Source: Macrostomum hystrix (Eukaryota; Animalia; Platyhelminthes). From it: a stretch of 64,000 bases of DNA. Shown here one piece after another: positions 53,668-64,000 of this stretch. The position numbers were made by a program, and so were the translations under genes. Under the pieces are notes generated by a model. It was given only the letters and a program-made list of their open reading frames with translations. It ran no database searches and was not told the DNA's origin. Positions within the stretch are counted from its first letter, which is position 1. Each line of letters starts with the position of its first letter. Location of the stretch: positions 26,784,001 through 26,848,000 of the forward strand of contig CATNEN010000001.1 in the NCBI GenBank assembly GCA_950097015.1, read 5' to 3'.

Positions 53668-54580
53668 GAAATTTACCAATCCTGAAATCTAGAATTCCGA
53701 AATTTACCAATCCTGAAATCTAGAATTCCGAAATTTACCAATCCTGAAATCTAGAATTCCGGAATTTAACAATCCTGAAATATAGAATTCTGAAATTTAC
53801 CAATCCTGAAATCTAGAATTCCAAAATTGAACAATCCTGAAATCTAGAATTCCAAAATGTAACAATCCCGAAATCTAGAATTCCGAAATTTAACAATCCT
53901 GACATCTAGAATTCTGAAATTTACCAATCCTGAAATCTAGAATTCTGAAAGTTAACAATCCCGAAATCTAGAATTCTGGAATTTACCAATCCTGAAATCT
54001 AGAATTCCGAAATTTAACAATCCCGAAATCTAGAATTCTGAAAATTAACAATCCTGAAATCTAGAATTCCGAAATTTAACAATCCCGAAATCTAGAATTC
54101 TGAAGGTTAACAATCCTGAAATCTAGAATTCCGAAATTTAACAATCCTGACATCTAGAATTCTGAAATTTAACAATCCTGACATCTAGAATTCCGAAATT
54201 TAACAATCCTGACATCTAGAATTCTGAAATTTAACAATCCTGACATCTAGAATTCCGAAATTTAACAATCCTGACATCTAGAATTCTGAAATTTACCAAT
54301 CCTGAAATCTAGAATTCTGAAAGTTAACAATCCCGAAATCTAGAATTCTGGAATTTACCAATCCTGAAATCTAGAATTCCGAAATTTAACAATCCCGAAA
54401 TCTAGAATTCTGAAAATTAACAATCCTGAAATCTAGAATTCCGAAATTTAACAATCCCGAAATCTAGAATTCTGAAGGTTAACAATCCTGAAATCTAGAA
54501 TTCCGAAATTTAACAATCCTAAAATCTAGAATTCCGAAATTCAACTATCCCGAAATCTAGAATTCCGAAATTAACAATCA
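53668..54580. repeat. minisatellite, 31-bp unit (GAAATTTAACAATCCTGAAATCTAGAATTCC)
   Basis: direct reading. Confidence 0.95.
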
Positions 54581-55104
54581 GAGCAGCATAATTCTTTTTC
54601 AAAACGCTCATTCTTTGATCAAACCGTAGCTTGCTTTTAAAATACAGAAATCTTAAAGTGCAATTAGAAGCTTTCAAGACAACTAAATGGGGTCAGTGTG
54701 AATCGCGAACACCAACAGATAATGATCAGAACAATGCTTGGACAGTTCATAATAAAATACTGCTGTCCCAAAATCACACACAGCTCGTATGTGTGACTAG
54801 TTTAGAAACTGTAAGAAAATGATGAAGTGAAAGGCAGTGATAATTATCGTTTGCTAAATGAACAGCTGAACACAGAGACAGATTAACTGACTTGCATACC
54901 ATAGTGATAGATGAATAGATTAGCAAAGTGTTAGACGGGAAATGGGGGCATAGCTATGACAGATGGCCATGTAGTTAGGACAGTTAGTAGGTTTGAAGAT
55001 GGTTAGACAAGTAGGTAGGTAAGTCGGTCGTTAGGTAGGTCAGGGAATAATTTAGCAGCTCATTCAAATATTTAGTATATTAGTAGTTGGGTAGGTTTTG
55101 AGAT

Positions 55105-56465
55105 AAATAGATTGGTAGCATGGAAGTTTGGTAGGTTAGTAGATTGGTAGCATGGAAGTTTGGTAGGTTAGTAGATTGGTAGCATGGAAGTTCGGTAGGT
55201 TAGTAGATTGGTAGCTTGGAAGTTTGGTAGGTTAGTAGATTGGTAGCATGGAAGTTTGGTAGGTTAGTAGATTGGTAGCATGGAAGTTTGGTAGGTTAGT
55301 AGATTGGTAGCATGGAAGTTTGGTAGGTTAGTAGATTGGTAGCATGGAAGTTTGGTAGGTTAGTAGATTGGTAGCATGGAAGTTTGGTAGGTTAGTAGAT
55401 TGGTAGCATGGAAGTTTGGTAGGTTAGTAGATTGGTAGCATGGAAGTTTGGTAGGTTAGTAGATTGGTAGCATGGAAGTTTGGTAGGTTAGTAGATTGGT
55501 AGCTTGGAAGTTTGGTAGGTTAGTAGATTGGTAGCATGGAAGTTTGGTAGGTTAGTAGATTGGTAGCTTGGAAGTTTGGTAGGTTAGTAGATTGGTAGCT
55601 TGGAAGTTTGGTAGGTTAGTAGATTGGTAGCATGGAAGTTTGGTAGGTTAGTAGATTGGTAGCATGGAAGTTTGGTAGGTTAGCAGATTGGTAGCATGGA
55701 AGTTTGGTAGGTTAGTAGATTGGTAGCATGGAAGTTTGGTAGGTTAGTAGATTGGTAGCATGGAAGTTTGGTAGGTTAGTAGATTGGTAGCTTGGAAGTT
55801 TGGTAGGTTAGTAGATTGGTAGCTTGGAAGTTTGGTCGGTTAGTAGATTGGTAGCTTGAAAGTTTGGTAGGTTAGTAGATTGGTAGCATGGAAGTTTGGT
55901 AGGTTAGTAGATTGGTAGCTTGGAAGTTTGGTAGGTTAGTAGATTGGTAGCATGGAAGTTTGGTAGGTTAGTAGATTGGTAGCTTGGAAGTTTGGTAGGT
56001 TAGTAGATTGGTAGCTTGGAAGTTTGGTCCGTTAGTAGATTGGTAGCTTGAAAGTTTGGTAGGTTAGTAGATTGGTAGCATGGAAGTTTGGTAGGTTAGT
56101 AGATTGGTAGCTTGGAAGTTTGGTAGGTTAGTAGATTGGTAGCATGGAAGTTTGGTAGGTTAGTAGATTGGTAGCTTGGAAGTTTGGTCGGTTAGTAGAT
56201 TGGTAGCTTGGAAGTTCGGTAGGTTAGTAGATTGGTAGCTTAAAAGTTTGGTAGGTTAGTAGATTGGTAGCTTAAAAGTTTGGTAGGTTAGTAGATTGGT
56301 AGCATGGAAGTTTGGTAGGTTAGTAGATTGGTAGCTTGGAAGTTTGGTAGGTTAGTAGATTAGTAGCTTGGAAGTTCGGTAGGTTAGTAGATTAATAGCT
56401 TGGAAGTTTGGTAGGTTAGTATATTGGTAGCTTGGAAGTTTGGTAGGTTAGCAGATTGGTAGTTT
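55105..56465. repeat. minisatellite, 32-bp unit (TAGATTGGTAGCATGGAAGTTTGGTAGGTTAG)
   Basis: direct reading. Confidence 0.96.
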
Positions 56466-57477
56466 GGTAAATTAGTGTTGTAATAGGTTGGTAGTTTAAG
56501 CAGGTAGCTAGGTAAATAAAGTGGGGAGACTGCTGGATATTCAACAAACATCAGACAGTGGAATGCGACTGTGTCAGGCGAGACATTTAAAGACAGAAAA
56601 GCAGAAAATATTTGCAGTCAAGATTTTGTTTTGAAAACACGCAGCACACCAAAAATGCAGGCAAAATTTTCTCGAGTGAAACAAGCCAAAAACTGTGTTC
56701 CCACGGCTGGATAAAAAGTTACGAGGCCGACTAAAAGCAGAACCTCAAGGAACATTGCCGACCAGAAGCAGATAAAGAGCAGAAGCCAAGAAAAAGCGGG
56801 TCGGAAAAGGTAGAAGATATTTTTTAAAAAGGAAAATATATTTCGCTTTTAGTGCCTGACCGCCAAAAACCTCTTAGAGCATTGCCAATTCACTGGTGGA
56901 CAAATGATGAAACAGAAGGGAAATGAGAGAATGCTCAATCGGGAGTTACCTTTCGCATTAGCAGAAAAGCAAAATGGCATTTTCTGAATACTTATTTAAT
57001 GCTTAAATAGGAATGGGGTAGAAAATTGAAATCATTTGGCGAGGAAGAAAGTACACTAGTAAGAAAACAGAAAAGTTGTATACGAAGTAAAATACTGAGA
57101 CAGGCGGGGTAGAGAGACTAGGTTAAAATGGTAGATTGAGTAGTTAGACCAAGAGTAGATAGACAAAAAGTTTTTAGAACAAATTCAAGCACTTTCCCAA
57201 TTAGCAGGGAATCCTAATTAAAGGGATTTGCAGAAATATGAAATCTAGTTTTATGCAGAATACTCAATTTTGATTGCAACCCAAGCCAAATAAGCTCATT
57301 ATGTATTGAAATTCGCTTATAAATATATCTAAATACGATTAAAGCATCACTGAGGTGCTAAACGATAACTAGACAAACAGCACTGCATCTAATTGTCAAT
57401 CAATAAAAAAGCGATGAATCTGTAAACCTATAGGAACTAGTAAGACACAATTAGAACAATGGTAAAACATTTTAATA

Positions 57478-60400
57478 GGAGGATGGCTGTTCAGCCTGAG
57501 AATCTAAGAGGATGGCTGCTCAGCCTGAGAATCTAAGAGGATGGCTGCTCAGCCTGAGGATCTGGGAGGATGGCTGCTCAGCCTGAGAATCTAAGAGGAT
57601 GGCTGCTCAGCCTGAGAATCTAAGAGGATGGCTGCTCAGCCTGAGGATCTGGGAGGATGGCTGCTCAGCCTGAGAATCTAAGAGGATGGCTGCTCAGCCT
57701 GAGAATCTAAGAGGATGGCTGCTCAGTCTGAGGATCTGGGAGGATGGCTGCTCAGCCTGAGAATCTAAGAGGATGGCTGCTCAGCCTGAGAATCTAAGAG
57801 GATGGCTGCTCAGCCTGAGGATCTGGGAGGATGGCTGCTCAGCCTGAGAATCTAAGAGGATGGCTGCTCAGCCTGAGAATCTAAGAGGATGGCTGCTCAG
57901 CCTGAGAATCTAAGAGGATGGCTGCTCAACCTGAGGATCTGGGAGGATGGCTGCTCAGCCTGAGAATTTAAGAGGATGGCTGCTCAGCCTGAGAATCTAA
58001 GAGGATGGCTGCTCAGCCTGAGAATCTAAGAGGATGGCTGCTCAGCCTGAGAATCTGGGAGGACTGCTGCTCAGCCTGAGAATCTGGGAGGATGGCTGCG
58101 CAGCCTGAGAATCTGGGAGGATGGCTGCTCAGCCTGAGAATCTAAGAGGATGGCTGCTCAGTCTGAGGATCTGGGAGGATGGCTGCTCAGCCTGAGAATC
58201 TAAGAGGATGGCTGCTCAGCCTGAGAATCTAAGAGGATGGCTGCTCAGCCTGAGGATCTGGGAGGATGGCTGCTCAGCCTGAGAATCTAAGAGGATGGCT
58301 GCTCAGCCTGAGAATCTAAGAGGATGGCTGCTCAGCCTGAGAATCTAAGAGGATGGCTGCTCAGCCTGAGGATCTGGGAGGATGGCTGCTCAGCCTGAGA
58401 ATCTAAGAGGATGGCTGCTCAGCCTGAGAATCTAAGAGGATGGCTGCTCAGCCTGAGAATCTAAGAGGATGGCTGCTCAACCTGAGGATCTGGGAGGATG
58501 GCTGCTCAGCCTGAGAATTTAAGAGGATGGCTGCTCAGCCTGAGAATCTAAGAGGATGGCTGCTCAGCCTGAGAATCTAAGAGGATGGCTGCTCAGCCTG
58601 AGAATCTGGGAGGACTGCTGCTCAGCCTGAGAATCTGGGAGGATGGCTGCGCAGCCTGAGAATCTGGGAGGATGGCTGCTCAGTCTGAGGATCTGGGAGG
58701 ATGGCTGCTCAGTCTGAGGATCTGGGAGGATGGCTGCTCTGTCTCAGGATCTGGGAGGATGGCTGCTCAGCCTGACGATCTGGGAGGATGGCTGCTCAGT
58801 CTGAGGATCTGGGAGGATGGCTGCTCAGTCTGAGGATCTGGGAGGATGGCTGCTCAGTCTGAGGATCTGGGAGGATGGCTGCTCAGTCTGAGGATCTGGG
58901 AGGATGGCTGCTCAGTCTGAGGATCTGGGAGGATGGCTGCTCTGTCTGAGGAACTGGTAGGATGGCTGCTCAGTCTCAGGATCTGGGAGGATGGCTGCTC
59001 AGCCTGAGGATCTGGGAGGATGGCTGCTCAGCTTGAGGATCTGGGAGGATGGCTGCTCAGTCTGAGGATCTGGGAGGATGGCTGCTCAGTCTGAGGATCT
59101 GGGAGGATGGCTGCTCAGCCTGACGATCTGGGAGTATGGCTGCTCAGTCTGAGGATCTGGGAGGATGGCTGCTCAGCCTGAGGATCTGGGAGGATGGCTG
59201 CTCAGCTTGAGCATCTGGGAGGATGGCTGCTCAGCTTGAGGATCTGAGAGGATGGCTGCTCAGCTTGAGGATCTGGGAGGATGGCTGCTCAGTCTGAGAA
59301 TCTGGGAGGATGGCTGCTCAGTCTGAGGATCTGGGAGGATGGCTGCTCAGCCTGACGATCTGGGAGGATGGCTGCTCAGTCTGAGGATCTGGGAGGATGG
59401 CTGCTCAGCCTGAGGATCTGGGAGGACGGCTGCTCAGTCTGAGGATCTGGGAGGATGGCTGCTCAGTCTGAGGATCTGGGAGGATGGCTGCTCAGTCTGA
59501 GGATCTGGGAGGATGGCTGCTCAGTCTGAGGATCTGGGAGGATGGCTGCTCTGTCTGAGGAACTGGTAGGATGGCTGCTCAGTCTCAGGATCTGGGAGGA
59601 TGGCTGCTCAGCCTGACGATCTGGGAGGATGGCTGCTCAGTCTGAGGATCTGGGAGGATGGCTGCTCAGTCTGAGGATCTGGGAGGATGGCTGCTCTGTC
59701 TGAGGAACTGGTAGGATGGCTGCTCAGTCTCAGGATCTGGGAGGATGGCTGCTCAGCTTGAGGATCTGGGAGGATGGCTGCTCAGCTTGAGGATCTGGGA
59801 GGATGGCTGCTCAGTCTGAGGATCTGGGAGGATGGCTGCTCAGTCTGAGGATCTGGGAGGATGGCTGCTCAGCCTGACGATCTGGGAGTATGGCTGCTCA
59901 GTCTGAGGATCTGGGAGGATGGCTGCTCAGCCTGAGGATCTGGGAGGATGGCTGCTCAGCTTGAGGATCTGAGAGGATGGCTGCTCAGCTTGAGGATCTG
60001 GGAGGATGGCTGCTCAGCCTGAGAATCTAAGAGGATGGCTGCTCAGCCTGAGAATCTAAGAGGATGGCTGCTCAGCCTGAGGATCTGGGAGGATGGCTGC
60101 TCAGCCTGAGAATCTAAGAGGATGGCTGCTCAGCCTGAGAATCTAAGAGGATGGCTGCTCAGCCTGAGAATCTAAGAGGATGGCTGCTCAGCCTGAGGAT
60201 CTGGGAGGATGGCTGCTCAGCCTGAGAATCTAAGAGGATGGCTGCTCAGCCTGAGAATCTAAGAGGATGGCTGCTCAGCCTGAGAATCTAAGAGGATGGC
60301 TGCTCAACCTGAGGATCTGGGAGGATGGCTGCTCAGCCTGAGAATTTAAGAGGATGGCTGCTCAGCCTGAGAATCTAAGAGGATGGCTGCTCAGCCTGAG

Positions 60401-62075
60401 AATCTAAGAGGATGGCTGCTCAGCCTGAGAATCTGGGAGGACTGCTGCTCAGCCTGAGAATCTGGGAGGATGGCTGCGCAGCCTGAGAATCTGGGAGGAT
60501 GGCTGCTCAGTCTGAGGATCTGGGAGGATGGCTGCTCAGTCTGAGGATCTGGGAGGATGGCTGCTCTGTCTCAGGATCTGGGAGGATGGCTGCTCAGCCT
60601 GACGATCTGGGAGGATGGCTGCTCAGTCTGAGGATCTGGGAGGATGGCTGCTCAGTCTGAGGATCTGGGAGGATGGCTGCTCAGTCTGAGGATCTGGGAG
60701 GATGGCTGCTCAGTCTGAGGATCTGGGAGGATGGCTGCTCAGTCTGAGGATCTGGGAGGATGGCTGCTCTGTCTGAGGAACTGGTAGGATGGCTGCTCAG
60801 TCTCAGGATCTGGGAGGATGGCTGCTCAGCCTGAGGATCTGGGAGGATGGCTGCTCAGCTTGAGGATCTGGGAGGATGGCTGCTCAGTCTGAGGATCTGG
60901 GAGGATGGCTGCTCAGTCTGAGGATCTGGGAGGATGGCTGCTCAGCCTGACGATCTGGGAGTATGGCTGCTCAGTCTGAGGATCTGGGAGGATGGCTGCT
61001 CAGCCTGAGGATCTGGGAGGATGGCTGCTCAGCTTGAGCATCTGGGAGGATGGCTGCTCAGCTTGAGGATCTGAGAGGATGGCTGCTCAGCTTGAGGATC
61101 TGGGAGGATGGCTGCTCAGTCTGAGAATCTGGGAGGATGGCTGCTCAGTCTGAGGATCTGGGAGGATGGCTGCTCAGCCTGACGATCTGGGAGGATGGCT
61201 GCTCAGTCTGAGGATCTGGGAGGATGGCTGCTCAGCCTGAGGATCTGGGAGGACGGCTGCTCAGTCTGAGGATCTGGGAGGATGGCTGCTCAGTCTGAGG
61301 ATCTGGGAGGATGGCTGCTCAGTCTGAGGATCTGGGAGGATGGCTGCTCAGTCTGAGGATCTGGGAGGATGGCTGCTCTGTCTGAGGAACTGGTAGGATG
61401 GCTGCTCAGTCTCAGGATCTGGGAGGATGGCTGCTCAGCCTGACGATCTGGGAGGATGGCTGCTCAGTCTGAGGATCTGGGAGGATGGCTGCTCAGTCTG
61501 AGGATCTGGGAGGATGGCTGCTCTGTCTGAGGAACTGGTAGGATGGCTGCTCAGTCTCAGGATCTGGGAGGATGGCTGCTCAGCTTGAGGATCTGGGAGG
61601 ATGGCTGCTCAGCTTGAGGATCTGGGAGGATGGCTGCTCAGTCTGAGGATCTGGGAGGATGGCTGCTCAGTCTGAGGATCTGGGAGGATGGCTGCTCAGC
61701 CTGACGATCTGGGAGTATGGCTGCTCAGTCTGAGGATCTGGGAGGATGGCTGCTCAGCCTGAGGATCTGGGAGGATGGCTGCTCAGCTTGAGGATCTGAG
61801 AGGATGGCTGCTCAGCTTGAGGATCTGGGAGGATGGCTGCTCAGTCTGAGAATCTGGGAGGATGGCTGCTCAGTCTGAGGATCTGGGAGGATGGCTGCTC
61901 AGCCTGACGATCTGGGAGGATGGCTGCTCAGTCTGAGGATCTGGGAGGATGGCTGCTCAGCCTGAGGATCTGGGAGGACGGTTGCTCAGTCTGAGGATCT
62001 GGGAGGATGGCTGCTCAGCTTGAGGATCTGGGAGGATGGCTGCTCAGTCTGAGGATCTGGGAGGATGACTCAGAG
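57478..62075. repeat. 29-bp satellite family, array 3 (~4.6 kb, with higher-order duplications)
   Basis: same unit and orientation as arrays 1 and 2. Confidence 0.97.
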
Positions 62076-62504
62076 CAGCAGTCGGCTTGCAGAGGTAGTA
62101 TCAATGAGTTCGCCAGAGGTTAATGAAGTGAAAGCCGAGCAACTATTTTTTCAGGCCAGACGCACAGGAAGTACTTTCTGCTGCACAGAGCTCGGAGGCA
62201 TCGAAAGGTTGATTGTTCGCTATTTTTTCAAGATGAAGTCACTTGAGAGGGCCTGTAAAGAAAGACTTTACAGAGGCGGCTTAGAAGTCAGGCTAGAAAA
62301 ACACAGGCACCTTTACGATGTTTCGCTTGCTTGGGGCAGCGACTGGCTTGAAGAGCCACTCCGCAATAACACTGGCTGGGTGAATGAGGCATTGTGACAA
62401 TGTGGACTCCGTGTAGAATTTTTGACAATTTATTTTTAACTTTTTACCACTCTCACTCTGGCCTGGTTGGAAATTTGTGTTGCAATTCGGGGACAGGGCG
62501 TGAC

Positions 62505-62935
62505 AGAGAGGAAGAGGGCAGGGAGAGGGTAGGAGAAGAAGACAGGTAGAGGGCATGAGAAGAAGACAGGTAGAGAGTAGGAGAAGAAGACAGGGGAAGG
62601 GTTGGGGAAGAGGATAGGGGAGAGGGTAGGGGACGAAGATACCGGAGAGAGTAGGGGAAGAAGACAATGGGAGAGGGAAGGGGGAGAGGGCAGGAGAAGA
62701 AGACAGGTAGAGAGTAGGAGAAGAATACAGGGGAAGGGTTGGGGAAGAAGATAGGGGAGAGGGTAGGGGAAGAAGATAGGGGAGAGGGTAGGGGAAGAAG
62801 ATAGGGGAGAGGGAAGGGGAAGAAGATAGGGGAGAGGGTAGGGGAAGAAGATAGGGGAGAGGGTAGGGGAAGAAGATACCGGAGAGAGTAGGGGAAGAAG
62901 ACAATGGGAGAGGGAAGGGGGAGAGGGCAGGAAGC
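62505..62935. repeat. purine-rich minisatellite, 25-bp unit (GGGGAAGAAGATAGGGGAGAGGGTA)
   Basis: direct reading. Confidence 0.88.
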
Positions 62936-63454
62936 AGAAGCACTTGCAGATGGGAAAAGCAGAATGCTAAGAAGATTAGACGCGCAAAATAAGAAACGAT
63001 GTTTTCGAAGACGATTAGGAAAGTTAGGAAGGCTTGAGAAAGATCAAGGCAAAGGAGGGCAATGAGTAAATAGTAACTGCGGGTGACGTTAACACAAGCA
63101 GCTCAAAAGGAAGTGAATTGCAGAAAATAATGGAAAAATAGGTATCTTCTCAGTCAAGAAAAAAATATCCCAGTAGCTAAGAAAACTAGAAAGACTTCTA
63201 AATTGTTGCTGTAGCAACGCACCTCACTATCAGTTCTATCAAGACTCACAGTCAGACCGTGCCAGCTTGATCAGGTTTCCAGGAATGCTCATAGAAAACT
63301 AAACCAACAAGCACAAGAACGCAATTTTCTCCACTGTTTGACATTTTATGTTTTTCTTTCAACGTTTTTCTTGTGCGAAACTCTGGCATTTTGCTTGTCC
63401 GCTTCCTGAAAACTGACGGGTCTTTTTAAAAGTCAGGAATATACTTTTCAGCAC

Positions 63455-63728
63455 AAGCTGCTCAATCTGAGGATCTGGTAGGATGGCTGCTCAGTCTGAG
63501 GATCTGGTAGGATGGCTGCTCAGTCTGAGGATCTGGTAGGATGGCTGCTCAGTCTGAGGATCTGGGAGGATGGCTGCTCAGTCTGAGGATCTGGGAGGAT
63601 GGCTGCTCAGTCTGAGGATCTGGTAGGATGGCTGCTCAGTCTGAGGATCTGGGAGGATGGCTGCTCAGTCTGAGGATCTGGGAGGATGGCTGCTCAGTCT
63701 GAGGATCTGGTAGGATGGCTGCTCAAGC
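63455..63728. repeat. 29-bp satellite family, array 4
   Basis: same unit and orientation. Confidence 0.93.
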
Positions 63729-64000
63729 TATTGAGACTATCATGAGATCGCTATTAGTTTATAAAAAGAGAGAGGAATTCTGAAGCAGAAATTAATCAAG
63801 CCAGCCAGTCACCCTGAAACAATGGCAGTGTTTTGGAAATCAGAGTAATTAGACTGTGGCTCTATCTGAATAGCCAGCAGCCAGACGGTCACGAACGGAA
63901 GACTAAATAGAAAAATTCACACAATCGGGAAGCCGTCTTCGAATTGGACTGCATTTTGGCTAATTTAACAGTCGTTATCAAAGAATGCCTGATAAGAAAG

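Overview
Eukaryotic (metazoan) genomic DNA; no prokaryotic features. About 43 kb of the window is the middle-to-C-terminal part of a minus-strand VPS13A/C-type lipid-transfer gene. I reconstructed 22 in-frame GT-AG exons between 47416 and 4668 (4797 nt, about 1599 codons). Both ends of the gene lie outside the window or were not found. Two genes with uninterrupted ORFs sit inside its introns: a complete multi-cysteine-cluster Toll-like receptor (33706..36357, +) in an 18.9-kb intron, and an HPS4-like longin protein (1285..3030, -, same strand as VPS13) after the last visible VPS13 exon. Two extra symmetric phase-0 candidate cassette exons (13740..13856 and 11177..11329) interrupt the VAB region. 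The second encodes a Cys-Cys plus poly-Arg patch and is bracketed by a 19-bp intronic RNA duplex. Most introns carry their own 14-49 bp minisatellite, often abutting a splice site. There is also a nested TIR/TTAA MITE with a second partial copy, and a tRNA-derived SINE head. GC-rich exons with minisatellite-packed introns resemble the flatworm Macrostomum (inference only). If that is right, a canonical TLR would be notable.
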